Origin: Ostreococcus lucimarinus
Lineage: Eukaryota
DNA length: 64,000 nucleotides
Assembly (NCBI GenBank): GCA_000092065.1
Contig: CP000588.1
Reading direction: 5' to 3' (one strand)
The notes beneath the pieces are model-generated. The model did no database searches, was not told where the DNA came from, and was given only the letters and a program-made list of their open reading frames with translations. The position numbers and the translations under genes are program-made. Of the stretch, positions 47,509 to 60,020 are shown in pieces; position 1 is the stretch's first letter, and the number at the start of each line of letters is the position of its first letter.

Positions 47509-48516
47509 ATGTTCGCCGTCCTCGCCCCGAGCGACGCCGAGGACGACGCCGAGGACGACGACGCGATACGCGTCGATCGCGGTCACCCTTCCCGGGCCTC
47601 GAGCGACGACGACGACGACGCGTCTACGTCTTCCTCTTCGTCAGGCGCGGACCAAGACGGAGAACCATCGGCGACGCTCACGTGGCGCTGGAGCACCGGA
47701 CGCGCAGATGACGACGACGGAAGATGGCGAACAAATCATTCGTCGTCGACGCGAAGCGCGAGCGCGCGCGCGCGCGCGCTGATGCCGGGGGAGAAGAAGA
47801 TGTTGAAGAAATTGCACGTGGCGGCGACGCGCGCGACGCGAGCGCGACGGGACGGGTTCGACGCCAACGATGCGAGGCGAGAGATGGAGCGCGTCGTTCG
47901 CGAGGGTAAATCATTGACGATCGTGTGTAGTAAACGCGCGTGCGTGGCGAGAGGTCAAGGGAGAGTGATACGCGCGTTGGCGGCGGCGCTCGGGACGACG
48001 TTCCGACCGACGCGAGCGGGCAAACGCGCGGCTTTTGTCATCGAACGCGTCGATGGGACGAGCGATGTTCCGCCGGTGGTGAGCGAGGAGCTTTTGAAAT
48101 CGCTATGTGCGGAGCCGATGACGCGAGACGAGTATTTGATGAGCGACGAACGCAGAGCGCGTTTAGAGAAGCGCGCGGAAGCGTCGCGCAGAGCGAACAA
48201 AGGCAAAAAGAAGAAAGATCGCGGGCGACGATGGAACCGTAAAAGTGACGAGGAAGACACAACGCGCGATATCGTAGAATTTACTCGCGCGACGGAGGAC
48301 GAGGCGACGTTCGATGAGGACGCCGCGAGGCGCGCGCCGTCGCCTTTATCGGGAGCGTTCGCCGCGTTCGAGGCGCACACGCGCGGCATCGGCAGTCGCT
48401 TGCTCACCGCGATGGGGTTCACGCGAGGTTCGGGTTTAGGTCGAGATAATCAAGGCATCGCCGAGGCACCGCGCGCGGAGTCGAGAGCGAAGCGCGCCGG
48501 TCTCGGCGCCGAGTGA
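47509..48516 (+). CDS. G-patch domain protein
   Basis: A C-terminal G-patch is present: GIGSRLLTAMGFTRGSGLGRDNQGIAEAP. The N-terminus is acidic and the middle is basic. Confidence 0.6.
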   Translation: MFAVLAPSDAEDDAEDDDAIRVDRGHPSRASSDDDDDASTSSSSSGADQDGEPSATLTWRWSTGRADDDDGRWRTNHSSSTRSASARARALMPGEKKMLKKLHVAATRATRARRDGFDANDARREMERVVREGKSLTIVCSKRACVARGQGRVIRALAAALGTTFRPTRAGKRAAFVIERVDGTSDVPPVVSEELLKSLCAEPMTRDEYLMSDERRARLEKRAEASRRANKGKKKKDRGRRWNRKSDEEDTTRDIVEFTRATEDEATFDEDAARRAPSPLSGAFAAFEAHTRGIGSRLLTAMGFTRGSGLGRDNQGIAEAPRAESRAKRAGLGAE

Positions 48517-48655
48517 GAGCGAAGCGCGCCGGGTCTCGGCGCCGGCGCGCCGCGGTTAAAAGTAATGTAAATAATAGTCTTGTACATCGCACAGCTCGTC
48601 CGCGCGCGCGAACGCTGTTTTAGGCCTATTCGCCCTACCCTATCATCTCTCTCGC

Positions 48656-49174
48656 TCACACCGTGAACGATTCCCCACACCCGCACTGCGCCTTGCTGTT
48701 TGGATTCTCAAACACGAATTCGCTCCTCAATCGATCGCTCACGTAATCCATCTTCGTCCCGATGATGCTCATCAGCGCGTTCGGCTCGACGATTATTTTC
48801 ACCCCATCCTCCGTCGTCACGAGTTCATCAAACTTCTTCCGTTCGCTCTCGTCCGCGTAATTCATCGTGTACGTCATCCCGTTGCACCCCCGCGTCTTCA
48901 CCCCAATCTTCAAGTACTCCTTCTGCCTCGCGTCCAACAGCGCCTTGATCCTTCGCGACGCCTCGGGCGTGACCTCCATCGCCTGTCGCTTCCCCTTCCT
49001 CGCCTCGACCGCCGTCGTCGCCGTCGTCGCCGTCGCCGTCGTCGTCGTCGTCGACGTGCCCTCGCGCGTCGCGCGCGCCGTTCGCGCCGCGTCCGCCGCG
49101 CACATCCCGCGCGTCCCGCGCGCGCGCGCCGCCGTCGACGCCGACGCGATCGCGCGCTCGATCGCGCGTCGCAT
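48656..49174 (-). CDS. ISCA: A-type iron-sulfur cluster carrier (IscA/HesB family), organellar presequence
   Basis: RIKALLDARQKEYLKIGVKTRGCNGMTYTM ... SKAQCGCGESF carries the three conserved Cys of IscA. Confidence 0.85.
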   Translation of the reverse strand: MRRAIERAIASASTAARARGTRGMCAADAARTARATREGTSTTTTTATATTATTAVEARKGKRQAMEVTPEASRRIKALLDARQKEYLKIGVKTRGCNGMTYTMNYADESERKKFDELVTTEDGVKIIVEPNALMSIIGTKMDYVSDRLRSEFVFENPNSKAQCGCGESFTV

Positions 49175-49737
49175 CGCGTCGACGGTGGCGCGTCGCCGAG
49201 TGCGCGCGCGCGACGTCGACGCGCGCGCGGGGGCGCCTCGTGTCCGTGTGTGATTCCACGCGCGCTCGTATCATAAATCACCACACAGCGCGCGATGGGC
49301 GCGGAATACGAGCGATGGATCGCGTTCGAATATTCGGACACACGGGTATGTACAAACAGTCATACTTTGCGCCAGGGGACCGAACGCCCCCGCGCGCCCG
49401 CGCGCGCGCGTCACTGCGTCGCGCGATGGCGCTCACGGACGCGACGAACGCCGCGTCCGCGCCGACGAGCGCGGTGAAGATGAATCACCTGCGCGCGAGG
49501 TGCGCGACGCGACCGACATCGCGCCGCGCCGACGCGACGCGCCGCGACGACGCGACGACGCGACGCGACGCGAACGCCGACTGACGACGGTTTGCCTTCG
49601 CGATTCGATTCGTCGCGCGCGCAGGATGGAAAACTTGCGTCGACAGAGCCTGAGCGACGGACCGCTGAGCGCGCGGAAGGCGACGAATCCGTCGAGCGTC
49701 AGGCGCGCGTCGCGGAGCGGGCGACCGTCGATCGGTG

Positions 49738-49757
49738 CGCGATGCGATGCGATGCGA
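49738..49757. repeat. (GATGC)n/(CGATG)n repeat in the kinesin-14 5' leader (creates in-frame upstream ATGs)
   Basis: gcgatgcgatgcgatgcgagg, seen directly. Confidence 0.85.
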
Positions 49758-50047
49758 GGCGACGCGACCGAGGCGATAAACGGCCGTTGGGGGAACGATG
49801 GGAAAGGATTCGGATTCGAGCGCCGCGCGCGCGCGCGTCGCGAGTGGACGCGTCGAGACGTCGGGCGACGACGACGATGAAATGGTTCGATCGTCCAGGA
49901 CGCGCGCGCGGGACGGGCGACCGTGGGGCGGTGGTGGGAGGGATCGACGAATGCGCGCGCGCGAGAGGCGGGACACTGACGACGGCGGTTTTAAACGCGC
50001 GAACGAACGCAGGCGGGAACGATGATACGATTCTGTTCAACGATGGG

Positions 50048-53000
50048 ATGAAGTCGCAGGTGCAAGCGGTGGCGAGGAAGATTTACGATGAGTCTCCGGC
50101 GATGGAAAACGCGACGAGGTGCCTATCGTGGCGACCGACGGTGAAGAAGAAGGCGGACCCGGAGGGCTTCGTGGCGGAGCTCACGATGCACATTAAGAGT
50201 CAAAAGGAGACGCTCAAGCAGTTGCTGCAGCACAAGGATGAGATGACGGCGGAGTGTCAAGAAATCGAGCGTTCGTATAAGGCGGCCGTGGAAGAGGCTG
50301 CGGTGAACGGGAACGGGCAAACGGTTACCGTGCCGGCGACGGCGGCGGAGATGGCCGACTTGAAAGCGGAACGCGAACGGTTGGCCAAGCAAAAGGAGGA
50401 TCACATGGCGCACTTGAACAAGGTTCAGGAGGCCGAGGAAGAACTTCAGCGCAAAATCGACGCTTTGAACGAGGAACGATCGAAGATTCGCGAAGAAGAG
50501 CACGCACGAGTCATGACTGCGCTCTCAAAGAAGATTGCCGACGCCGAGGCGCGCGTCCAAGCGGCCAACGACGCCGAGGCTTCGCTCGCGAGTGAGCAAG
50601 AGAAGATGATGCAGCTTCGACAAATGGAGAACGTCAGTGCGGCTCAAGCCGGTGCGGCGGCGGCGGAAGCAAAGGTTGAAGCCGATCAAGCGAAGGAGCA
50701 GACGCAGATTGCTCAGCAAGAGCTCGCGGCGGCCAAGGCGTTGCTCGAAAACGCCACGGCGCAGCACGCCGACTTTCAGAGCTCGTACAAAGAGGAGAAG
50801 GCGCAGTGGGAAGCCGAGCTCGCGAAGTTGAAGCATTCTGAAGATTCTCTCAAGAACGAACTCTCGGCGCAATTATCCAAGCTCGAGGGCGTCACGGCGC
50901 AGTACAACCAGCTCGCGTCTGAGGCGGCGACGCAGAACGAACGCGCTCAAGCGGACATCGAAAAGATTGTCACCGCGATGACTGCTGAAAAGGAGAAGGC
51001 TCTCAGTGATCTCGAAGACACTCTCTCACGCGAAAAAAGTGAGGAAGTCAACAACCTCGAACGTGACTTCCGCGCGCGCCTCGAGCAAGAGATGAACACG
51101 TTCAAGTCTGAAAGCAAGGAGGATATGCAGCAACGCATTGTGCACCTCAACTCTCTCTTGGCTGAGCAAAAGACCAACAACGAGATGACTCTCGCCGCGT
51201 TCAAGTCAGAAGCGAGCGCCAAGGAAGCTCACGTGAAGGCTGAGTTCCAAGCTGCCCTCAAGGATGCCGAGCACAGAGCCGAGCTCGCCGCTGCAAAGGC
51301 TTCGAGCGCGCTTGAAAGTCTTCACTCGACGCTCGAGCAAGTCAAGCAGTCTGCGCAAGAAGAGTTGACCCGTGTTAAGCAAGAGGCTCAACGCGCGCTC
51401 GCCGAACAAGCGAAGAAAATGCAAGAGGCACACGCGTTGGACAAGGCCAAAGCGCTCGAGGCGCAGCAGCAAGAACTCCAGTCCAAGCTTCTCAGCGAGC
51501 GCGACTCCGCGCTCACGGGCTCTCACGACGCACACGAAGCCGCGATGTCCGAGCTCGAGATCCGAGTTCGCCAAGAGTGCGCTGAAAACTTTTCGAATGA
51601 ACTCAAACACGAAAAGGAGCGCACGATCGCGCAGCTCGAACAAGCCAAGTCCGAGCTCTTCGCGAGCAAGGAGGAGGCGCTTCAAGCGCAACGAGTAGAA
51701 TTGACGCAGCAAGCGGCTGGCGAGCGCGAAGCTGCGATCCAGGCTCTCAAGGAAGCTCACGAGGAGACAATGACTGAACTCTCAAATAACTTGAAGGCTG
51801 AACTCGAGCAAGCACGTTCGGTTGCGTTTACTGGCGGCAAGTCGTCGCGTAGTGACGCGGAGATCAAGGCGCAGATGGAAGCCGAGAAGCAAAGCGCACT
51901 TGTCATGGCGAGCGAGAAGCACGCGGAGGTGATGTCGCGCAAGATTCAAGAGCTCACGGAAAAGCTCGCGACTGATAAACACAACGCCGTTTCCGCGCTG
52001 GAGCGCGAAAAGTACGAGTTGATCAGAAAGCACGAAGCTGAAAAGGCGTCCATGCTCGCTGAGCTCAAGGCGTCTCTGCAGAACAACGCGTCAGAACAAT
52101 TCGAAGCCATCAAGGCCCGCGCTCTCGAAGAACAACGTCAGAAGCTTACGATCGAGAAGCAAGTCGCGCTGGATAATCTCAAAGCTGAGCTTAATGCTGT
52201 CAAGGAAGTCGCCGTTGCGCAAGCAAAGGCGGAAGCTGCGGCGGCGGGTAGCATCGACTCGAGCAAGTCTTACAAGTCTGCGATTGAGAACCTTCGAGAC
52301 ACGCTCGAAAACGAAAAACAAGAGGCATTGGCGCTGCAAGCCGCCAAACTGTGCAACGCAGCCGCTGCGGAGAAAGAGCACGCGATGACTGAACTCCGAT
52401 CGCAGCTTCAAGCCGCAGCGTCGCGCGAGAAGCAAGAGCTCATTACAGAACTTCAAACCTTTGGTGGATCTGCTCGAACGAAGGAAACAGTTGAATTGGA
52501 ACAAAAAGCACAACGTGTGCTCATGGAAGCCAATGAACGCGAGTCAAAGTTGCACGCAGAAATCACGAGGCTCAGACTCGAGAAGGAGGAGGCGCGTCGC
52601 CAGGCGACAAGCACGAACTTGGCTCCGATGCCTGCCAAGGCCGATGGCGTCTCTGTCGATCGTATGAAGGTCACGATCGCGAATTTGGAGGCCAAGGTGC
52701 GTAGTCTCGAACGCAATGGCGGTAAGCAAGGCGAAGCCACGAAGATGCAAGCGGAGATGGAGCAATTACGCAAGGAGGCCACCTTGGCGACCCGACGCGC
52801 GCAGCAAGTCAAGGACGAGCACGTCGCGTCTTTCGATCGCGTGAGAGAGCTCGAGTCTCAACTCCTGCAGGCGGACGAAATGCGACGCGAAATGCACAAC
52901 ATGATCCAGGAATTGCGTGGAAACGTTCGTGTTATCGCTCGAGTTCGTCCCTTGTTGCCAGGTGAAGATAGCGTCGTCGACGTCCCGGATGTCGACAAGC

Positions 53001-54136
53001 AGACTCTCGCCGTGTCCATTCCGGAGCTTGACCCGAGATTGTTCAACTTTGATCGCGTGTTCAACGGTCATTCAAGCCAAGATGAAGTGTTCGAGGAAGT
53101 TTCCGAGCTCGTTCAATCCGCTCTCGATGGTTACAAGGTGTGCTTGTTTTCGTACGGTCAAACTGGCGCCGGTAAGACGTACACAATGTTGGGTCAAGGT
53201 GAGGGCGAGCGTCGCGGTATCGTTCCCAGAGCGGTCGCCAAGGTGCTTGAACAAGCCGAGGCTCTTCGATCAAAGGGCTACGAATACACCATGGAGGCGA
53301 GTTACGTGGAGATTTACAACGAGCAGATTCGCGATTTGCTGTGCCCGGGCTCCACGCACAGCGAACGTCACAACGTGGTCAACGCTCCAGAGGGTGGATG
53401 CCCTACGGTGACCGGTGTCGTGCGCGAAGAGGTAACATCTGTGTACGAAGCGACTAGCTTAGTGCGCCGTGCCATGAAGGCGCGGGAAGTGGCGGAAACG
53501 GAGATGAACGCAAACTCGTCCCGCTCGCACACGTTGTTCCTGTTGTACATCACCGGCGTGCACCAAGCGACGGGTCAAACCCTCACGGGTTGCCTCAACC
53601 TTGTTGACTTAGCCGGTTCTGAGCGAACAAAGAGGAGTGGAGCTCGTGGGCAGCGAATGACAGAAGCCTGCGCCATCAACAAGAGCTTGTCCTGTTTGGG
53701 AGACGTGTTCGCCGCCGTCGGGAGGGGCGACAAGCACATTCCCTACCGCAATAGTAAGCTTACGTACCTGCTTGCGCCCTGCTTAGGGGGCGAAGGCAAG
53801 ACATTGATGGTAGTGAACATAGCTCCAGACTTGGACAGCGCCGAGGAGTCGATGTGCTCGCTCAGGTTTGCGTCCACCGTGAACCAAGTGGAATTAGGAA
53901 ACGGCAAAAAAGCCAAGCGCAACATCGCGCATAACTTTGCTCACTTGACCAACGGAGGCGCGGAGGCTCCCGCGCCGGCTGGGGCGAACACTAGATCGCG
54001 GCGGGTATCAGCGAACGCACTCGCGAGCAGAGATAACTCTATGTACGACAGGCGATCGTCCGCCGGCGCCAAGCGCGCCAATCCTTTTGCGCAAAACGAG
54101 CGCGCTCCCAAGACGAGACGCAAAGCTTGGGAGTAA
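50048..54136 (+). CDS. Kinesin-14 (C-terminal motor) with ~1000-aa coiled-coil stalk
   Basis: The C-terminal motor has GQTGAGKTYTM (P-loop), SSRSH (switch I), LVDLAGSE (switch II) and the kinesin-14 neck ELRGNVRVIARVRP. The long upstream region is heptad-rich. The start is uncertain; in-frame Mets lie at 49742, 49877 and 50048. Confidence 0.85.
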   Translation: MKSQVQAVARKIYDESPAMENATRCLSWRPTVKKKADPEGFVAELTMHIKSQKETLKQLLQHKDEMTAECQEIERSYKAAVEEAAVNGNGQTVTVPATAAEMADLKAERERLAKQKEDHMAHLNKVQEAEEELQRKIDALNEERSKIREEEHARVMTALSKKIADAEARVQAANDAEASLASEQEKMMQLRQMENVSAAQAGAAAAEAKVEADQAKEQTQIAQQELAAAKALLENATAQHADFQSSYKEEKAQWEAELAKLKHSEDSLKNELSAQLSKLEGVTAQYNQLASEAATQNERAQADIEKIVTAMTAEKEKALSDLEDTLSREKSEEVNNLERDFRARLEQEMNTFKSESKEDMQQRIVHLNSLLAEQKTNNEMTLAAFKSEASAKEAHVKAEFQAALKDAEHRAELAAAKASSALESLHSTLEQVKQSAQEELTRVKQEAQRALAEQAKKMQEAHALDKAKALEAQQQELQSKLLSERDSALTGSHDAHEAAMSELEIRVRQECAENFSNELKHEKERTIAQLEQAKSELFASKEEALQAQRVELTQQAAGEREAAIQALKEAHEETMTELSNNLKAELEQARSVAFTGGKSSRSDAEIKAQMEAEKQSALVMASEKHAEVMSRKIQELTEKLATDKHNAVSALEREKYELIRKHEAEKASMLAELKASLQNNASEQFEAIKARALEEQRQKLTIEKQVALDNLKAELNAVKEVAVAQAKAEAAAAGSIDSSKSYKSAIENLRDTLENEKQEALALQAAKLCNAAAAEKEHAMTELRSQLQAAASREKQELITELQTFGGSARTKETVELEQKAQRVLMEANERESKLHAEITRLRLEKEEARRQATSTNLAPMPAKADGVSVDRMKVTIANLEAKVRSLERNGGKQGEATKMQAEMEQLRKEATLATRRAQQVKDEHVASFDRVRELESQLLQADEMRREMHNMIQELRGNVRVIARVRPLLPGEDSVVDVPDVDKQTLAVSIPELDPRLFNFDRVFNGHSSQDEVFEEVSELVQSALDGYKVCLFSYGQTGAGKTYTMLGQGEGERRGIVPRAVAKVLEQAEALRSKGYEYTMEASYVEIYNEQIRDLLCPGSTHSERHNVVNAPEGGCPTVTGVVREEVTSVYEATSLVRRAMKAREVAETEMNANSSRSHTLFLLYITGVHQATGQTLTGCLNLVDLAGSERTKRSGARGQRMTEACAINKSLSCLGDVFAAVGRGDKHIPYRNSKLTYLLAPCLGGEGKTLMVVNIAPDLDSAEESMCSLRFASTVNQVELGNGKKAKRNIAHNFAHLTNGGAEAPAPAGANTRSRRVSANALASRDNSMYDRRSSAGAKRANPFAQNERAPKTRRKAWE

Positions 54137-54151
54137 ACAAAACAATCGCCT

Positions 54152-54156
54152 TGTAA
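54152..54156 (+). terminator. TGTAA putative poly(A) signal after the kinesin stop
   Basis: ttgtaatc lies 16 nt after the stop codon. Confidence 0.3.
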
Positions 54157-54241
54157 TCAATATCACTCACTCTCTGAAAAAACTGAGCGAACATCGCAAA
54201 CGTTATACAGATCATGACTACAAATACTACGAATGACATCG

Positions 54242-54880
54242 CTAAAAGCTTTCTCGTTCGACGCTCTCGATGAGTTCCAGTAAGTCCACCGAGTATTCTC
54301 GTCGTGGCGCCTCGGACGCGACTGGCGACAACGTCAACGTCCCTCTCGGCGTCGGCACGTCGAAATCATCACTCTTCGACCAAGAAGCACCCGTCGCAAT
54401 TCTCCCCATTCCCATCCTCTCCTCGTCCCCGCGCGTCGACTGAAGCCGCTCTCGCAACCGAGCCACCGTCGCCGCGAGCGCCGCCGCGCGTTCCTTTGCC
54501 GCCGCCAACTCCTCCTTCAGCGCCCTCGCCGTCTCCACCGCCACATCACGTTCGATCTCCATCGTGCTTCTGAGTTCTCGCTCGCGCTCGAGCGCCGTCA
54601 CCGCCGCGTCTCGCTCCCGCTCCGCGCGTCCCGCCCCCTCGTGCGCGTCCACGCACTTTTGAATCAGCGCCGCCAATCGCTTCTTCTCGCTCGGCCCGAG
54701 CTCGGCGAACGTTCCATCGCACCGCGCGCGTCCCGCGTCGTCGTCCGTCGCGCTCTCGCGCGCGGGCGGCGGCGTCAGCGGCGTCGTCGCCGCGGCGCGC
54801 AGCACGTCCGACCCACCGAACGTCGCCGTCGTCGCCTTTTCGTCCTCGCGCGCGCGCGCGCGCGCGCTCGCGCGCATCAC
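54242..54880 (-). CDS. Hypothetical coiled-coil protein (212 aa)
   Basis: It occupies the gap between the kinesin 3' end and the chorismate-mutase 5' end, and is divergent from CM. A central coiled coil is present (ELRSTMEIERDVAVETARALKEELAAAKERAAALAATVARLRERLQ). No family recognised. Confidence 0.35.
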   Translation of the reverse strand: MMRASARARAREDEKATTATFGGSDVLRAAATTPLTPPPARESATDDDAGRARCDGTFAELGPSEKKRLAALIQKCVDAHEGAGRAERERDAAVTALERERELRSTMEIERDVAVETARALKEELAAAKERAAALAATVARLRERLQSTRGDEERMGMGRIATGASWSKSDDFDVPTPRGTLTLSPVASEAPRREYSVDLLELIESVERESF

Positions 54881-55057
54881 CGCTCACCGCTCGCCGCTCG
54901 CCGCGCGCGTCGTCGTCGCGCGCGCGCGTCGCGCGCGCGCGTCGCTCTGTCGCGCCGGCGTCGCGCCGGGTTCGATGTCGCGAACGCGCGCGCTCGCGCG
55001 TCCGCGCGCGCGACAGAGCGACGCGCGACCTCGACGCGCGACGGCGGCGACGCGGCG

Positions 55058-56050
55058 ATGACGCCGCCCGCCTCGCTCGCGAGCTCGAGCTCGATCGCGC
55101 GCGCGGCGAGCCTGCGCCGCGCGACGCGTCGCGGTGGTGACGGCGCGCGGGACGCCGCCGACGCGCGACGCCGCCGACGCGCGCTCGGCCGCGACGCGCG
55201 CGCGACGGCGGCGAGGGATCGCGTGAACGGAGGCGGCGTGAACGAGTCCGTGGATTACGAAGACCTGAGCGATCGCTTGAAGCTGGATAACGTGCGGCAG
55301 AGCTTGATTCGGCAGGAGGATTCCATCATCTTCGCGCTCATCGAACGCGCGCAGTATAAGCTGAATTCCGCGATATATGCGAAAAATGCGGTGCCAGTGC
55401 CGTGCTTCGCGCCGAACGGTGATCGAGCGTCGATGCTGGAGTTCATGCTTCGAGAGGTGGAGCAGAGTCACGGGAAGATTCGAAGGTATACGTCGCCGGA
55501 TGAGCACGCGTTTTATCCAGAGGCGCAGCCGCCGTTGGTGATTCCGCCGATCGCGTTTAAGGACGTTTTGCACCCGTGCGCGGAGTCGATTAACATTAAT
55601 GATCGCATCATGGAAATGTACGTCGATAATCTTTTGCCGGAGATGTGCGAGGGCGGGGATGATAACAATTACGGGAGCGCGAGTCTGTGCGACTTGTCGT
55701 GCTTGCAAACGATTTCCAGGCGAATTCATTACGGCAAGTACGTCGCTGAGTCCAAGTTTTTGGCGCAGCCGGAAGAATACACGGAGTTGATCAAAGCGCA
55801 AGACGCCGACGGTTTGATGGCACTTCTCACGAACCAAGCCGTGGAGGACCGGGTCGTTCGACGGGTGGCAAACAAGGCGGCGGTGTACGGTTCGGATATC
55901 AGCGAAGACATTCCCGATACTTTGGCCTTACCCGTCGGTTCTGAATCGTTAAAATTGGCCCCGGAAAAAGTGGGCGAGTTATACTACCGCTGGATCATGC
56001 CCATGACGAAGGATGTTCAAGTGAAGTACCTGTTACGTCGCCTCGACTAA
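55058..56050 (+). CDS. CM: Chorismate mutase (eukaryotic AroQ class), with transit peptide
   Basis: LKLDNVRQSLIRQEDSIIFALIERAQY is the plant/yeast chorismate-mutase signature. ATG at 55058. Confidence 0.85.
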   Translation: MTPPASLASSSSIARAASLRRATRRGGDGARDAADARRRRRALGRDARATAARDRVNGGGVNESVDYEDLSDRLKLDNVRQSLIRQEDSIIFALIERAQYKLNSAIYAKNAVPVPCFAPNGDRASMLEFMLREVEQSHGKIRRYTSPDEHAFYPEAQPPLVIPPIAFKDVLHPCAESININDRIMEMYVDNLLPEMCEGGDDNNYGSASLCDLSCLQTISRRIHYGKYVAESKFLAQPEEYTELIKAQDADGLMALLTNQAVEDRVVRRVANKAAVYGSDISEDIPDTLALPVGSESLKLAPEKVGELYYRWIMPMTKDVQVKYLLRRLD

Positions 56051-56172
56051 AAAGAGCGACGCGAACAAGCGCCGCGCACGTCACCTCTCCTCCATCAACC
56101 TAGCCGCCCTGCGAATATTTACGTAATAAAAAGTACACAAATGTCGCTTTAAATTCTATGACTGCTACGTAA

Positions 56173-57714
<1,542 letters not shown>

Positions 57715-57750
57715 TCACGCGGGCGACGGCGGCGACGGACATCTTTCGCG

Positions 57751-59391
57751 ATGGACGGGACGACGCGCGCGTGCGAGGACTCGGAGACGCGCGGCGGTGG
57801 GCGGGCGAGCGAGGCGGCGGCGGCGGTGGGCGCGGGAGGGCGCGATGGCGGCGCGAGCGAGGCGCGGACGGCGGCGAAGGCGGATGGGCGGGACGGCGCG
57901 GGCGCGAGCGCGAGCGCGGCGTACAGTCGGAAGGATAAATCGCTCGGCGTGCTGTGCGAGAACTTTTTGGCGCTGTATGGGAACGGGGAGGTGGAGAGCG
58001 TGAGTCTGGACGAGGCGACGGAGAAGCTCGGGGTGGCGCGACGGAGGATTTACGACATCGTGAACGTGTTGGAGAGCATCGACGTGATGGCGCGCAAGGC
58101 GAAGAATCAATATTCGTGGCACGGCGTGCGACGGTTGCCGGAGAGTTTGAAGCGCTTGAAACAGGCGGGGTTGAAAGAATTCGGGGCGAACTTTGAAATT
58201 AGCGGCGCGAATGGAAGCGAGGAGAATAGTAACGACGACAGCGCGGCGTCGCGCGAAGGTGAAGAAGAAAAGGACGTCGGCGGCGACGAACATAACCAAC
58301 AAAATATTGATTCCGATCGAAGCTCGCCTACGACGACGACGACGGCGACGACGACGACCGCGGTGCTACACTTTGATTCACGTAACGATTCTGTGCGTAA
58401 CAAGGCCCCGTTCGCGGGGCAGGAAAGATTCGCGGGGCCGTGCGCGCAAGGCGACGACGGCCGCCGCGAGAAGAGTCTGGTATTGTTGTCGCAAAAGTTT
58501 GTTCAGCTATTCCTGGCGTCGTCGCTGAACGTCGTGAGTTTGGACACAGCGGCGCGACTTCTTCTAGATGACGCACACGACGACGCAAAGTTGAAGACTA
58601 AGATTCGTCGCCTGTACGACATCGCCAACATCTTGTGCTCTTTGCATTTGATTCGAAAAGTGCACCTTGCTGATTCGAGGAAGCCGGCGTTTCTTTGGCT
58701 GAGCCGAGAAAACTCTACCGCGGACCTCATCGCGCAAGGTAAAGGCTTGCAATGGTTTAGTAAACTCGATGAAGATGGCAAGCCGCTCCCGATGGCTTCG
58801 TCGAAGTTTGGGCCGGCCATGCGTCCGCAAACAACCTCGACGACGAAGAATCCGACGACGAATCAGCGCAAGCGAGCGGCGAACAAGGATTCGAACAGTG
58901 CCGAGGCCAAGCGCCCGCGCGGACGACCTAGATTGCCCGGTGGCAACGCACAAATGTCGCTAACTCCAGACAACGTGGCACAGCTCAATCATTTATTCGC
59001 GTTCACCACCGCCCAGCTCGCGGCGCGATATCCCTTGGATGTGAACGCCGACTTGAACAGTGTCATCGCGCAGAGAACGATAGGCAACACCAATTTCCTT
59101 CATCGTCTCGCGCAAGCGTCGATGGCGCAAGCACAAGCAGCACACCACTTGATGAGCTCATCTCCCGCGCAACCGCCACAGTATGAAACGTCCAAGCTGC
59201 CAACGTTAGAAGGAGCCGGCGGCGATTTGTCGCCGCCGACGTTGCCACCTTTTAGCACCATAATGCCAGCGTGGGGCATGTCGGGTATGTCCTACCAGAA
59301 TAATCAAATGCACGATATGATGCGACTGTACGAAAATTCAATGAATGCTTGGCAAAATGGCAACACGCAGCAGCAAAATGTGCGAGAATGA
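57751..59391 (+). CDS. Atypical E2F (DEL/E2F7-like) transcription factor with two E2F winged-helix DNA-binding domains
   Basis: DBD1 is [14 protein letters not shown]...[32 protein letters not shown]2 is [14 protein letters not shown]...[20 protein letters not shown]. No DP-dimerisation domain sits between them. ATG at 57751, just after tttcgcg. Confidence 0.8.
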   Translation: MDGTTRACEDSETRGGGRASEAAAAVGAGGRDGGASEARTAAKADGRDGAGASASAAYSRKDKSLGVLCENFLALYGNGEVESVSLDEATEKLGVARRRIYDIVNVLESIDVMARKAKNQYSWHGVRRLPESLKRLKQAGLKEFGANFEISGANGSEENSNDDSAASREGEEEKDVGGDEHNQQNIDSDRSSPTTTTTATTTTAVLHFDSRNDSVRNKAPFAGQERFAGPCAQGDDGRREKSLVLLSQKFVQLFLASSLNVVSLDTAARLLLDDAHDDAKLKTKIRRLYDIANILCSLHLIRKVHLADSRKPAFLWLSRENSTADLIAQGKGLQWFSKLDEDGKPLPMASSKFGPAMRPQTTSTTKNPTTNQRKRAANKDSNSAEAKRPRGRPRLPGGNAQMSLTPDNVAQLNHLFAFTTAQLAARYPLDVNADLNSVIAQRTIGNTNFLHRLAQASMAQAQAAHHLMSSSPAQPPQYETSKLPTLEGAGGDLSPPTLPPFSTIMPAWGMSGMSYQNNQMHDMMRLYENSMNAWQNGNTQQQNVRE

Positions 59392-59398
59392 CTTGAAT

Positions 59399-59423
59399 TG
59401 TAAAGTTGAAAACAAAGTTGTAA
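59399..59423 (+). terminator. Two TGTAA putative poly(A) signals after the E2F stop
   Basis: The signals are ttgtaaag and gttgtaagc, within 35 nt of the stop. Confidence 0.3.
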
Positions 59424-59444
59424 GCAACACGCGAGCGCGACAGC

Positions 59445-59645
59445 CTACTCTTTTTCGTTTTCATCCGTCTTCTTCGTTCTCATGACTTCTTCCTCTCGAC
59501 GCTTCTTTGACGCCTCGAAATGCGGCTTTCCCTGACCTATCGCGTACGCGCATCCGAGTAACCCCCCAGCACCGATCGCCATGATCACCGCGGTTTCACC
59601 GGAGACGGCGTCCAAGGCAAGCCACTTCTTCGTCGACGAGCTCAT
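59445..59645 (-). CDS. Small hypothetical single-TM protein (66 aa from MSSSTKKW)
   Basis: A short ORF between convergent genes. It has one hydrophobic helix (AVIMAIGAGGLLGCAYAIG) and a K/E-rich tail. Confidence 0.25.
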   Translation of the reverse strand: MSSSTKKWLALDAVSGETAVIMAIGAGGLLGCAYAIGQGKPHFEASKKRREEEVMRTKKTDENEKE

Positions 59646-59902
59646 CGCGCGTTTTCTGTGCTCAGTTCCGATTCGATTCATTCGCGCGGCGAAGGATCCC
59701 GTACCAATTCTGATCCAGTGCATGATGAAGTTTATCGGGGCGTGCATTCAACGACGGCGCGTGGTGCGTCGAGAAGTGAAGTCTCTCGTTCTCTCGCTGT
59801 CGCCGACGCCGACGAGTCCTCGAGAGTTGCCACGCGTATTCTCTACAAGGCGTGAGCGAGGCATAATTAGACGGCGTGTCGTCAATTCTTCGTTCGTATT
59901 AA

Positions 59903-59956
59903 GTCTCTTGTCTACTGTGTTCGCAGAGTCTTCTTGTCTACTGTGTTCGCAGAATT
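59903..59956. repeat. Direct repeat TCTTGTCTACTGTGTTCGCAGA (2 copies, 5-bp spacer) in the 3' flank of the G3BP-like gene
   Basis: Seen directly: ...tcttgtctactgtgttcgcagagtcttcttgtctactgtgttcgcagaa... Confidence 0.8.
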
Positions 59957-60020
59957 GTGTTCTTGGATGCGATGTCGAACGTTGTCATCGTCGGTCTACT
60001 ACTATTTTCTCTGCCCCCAC

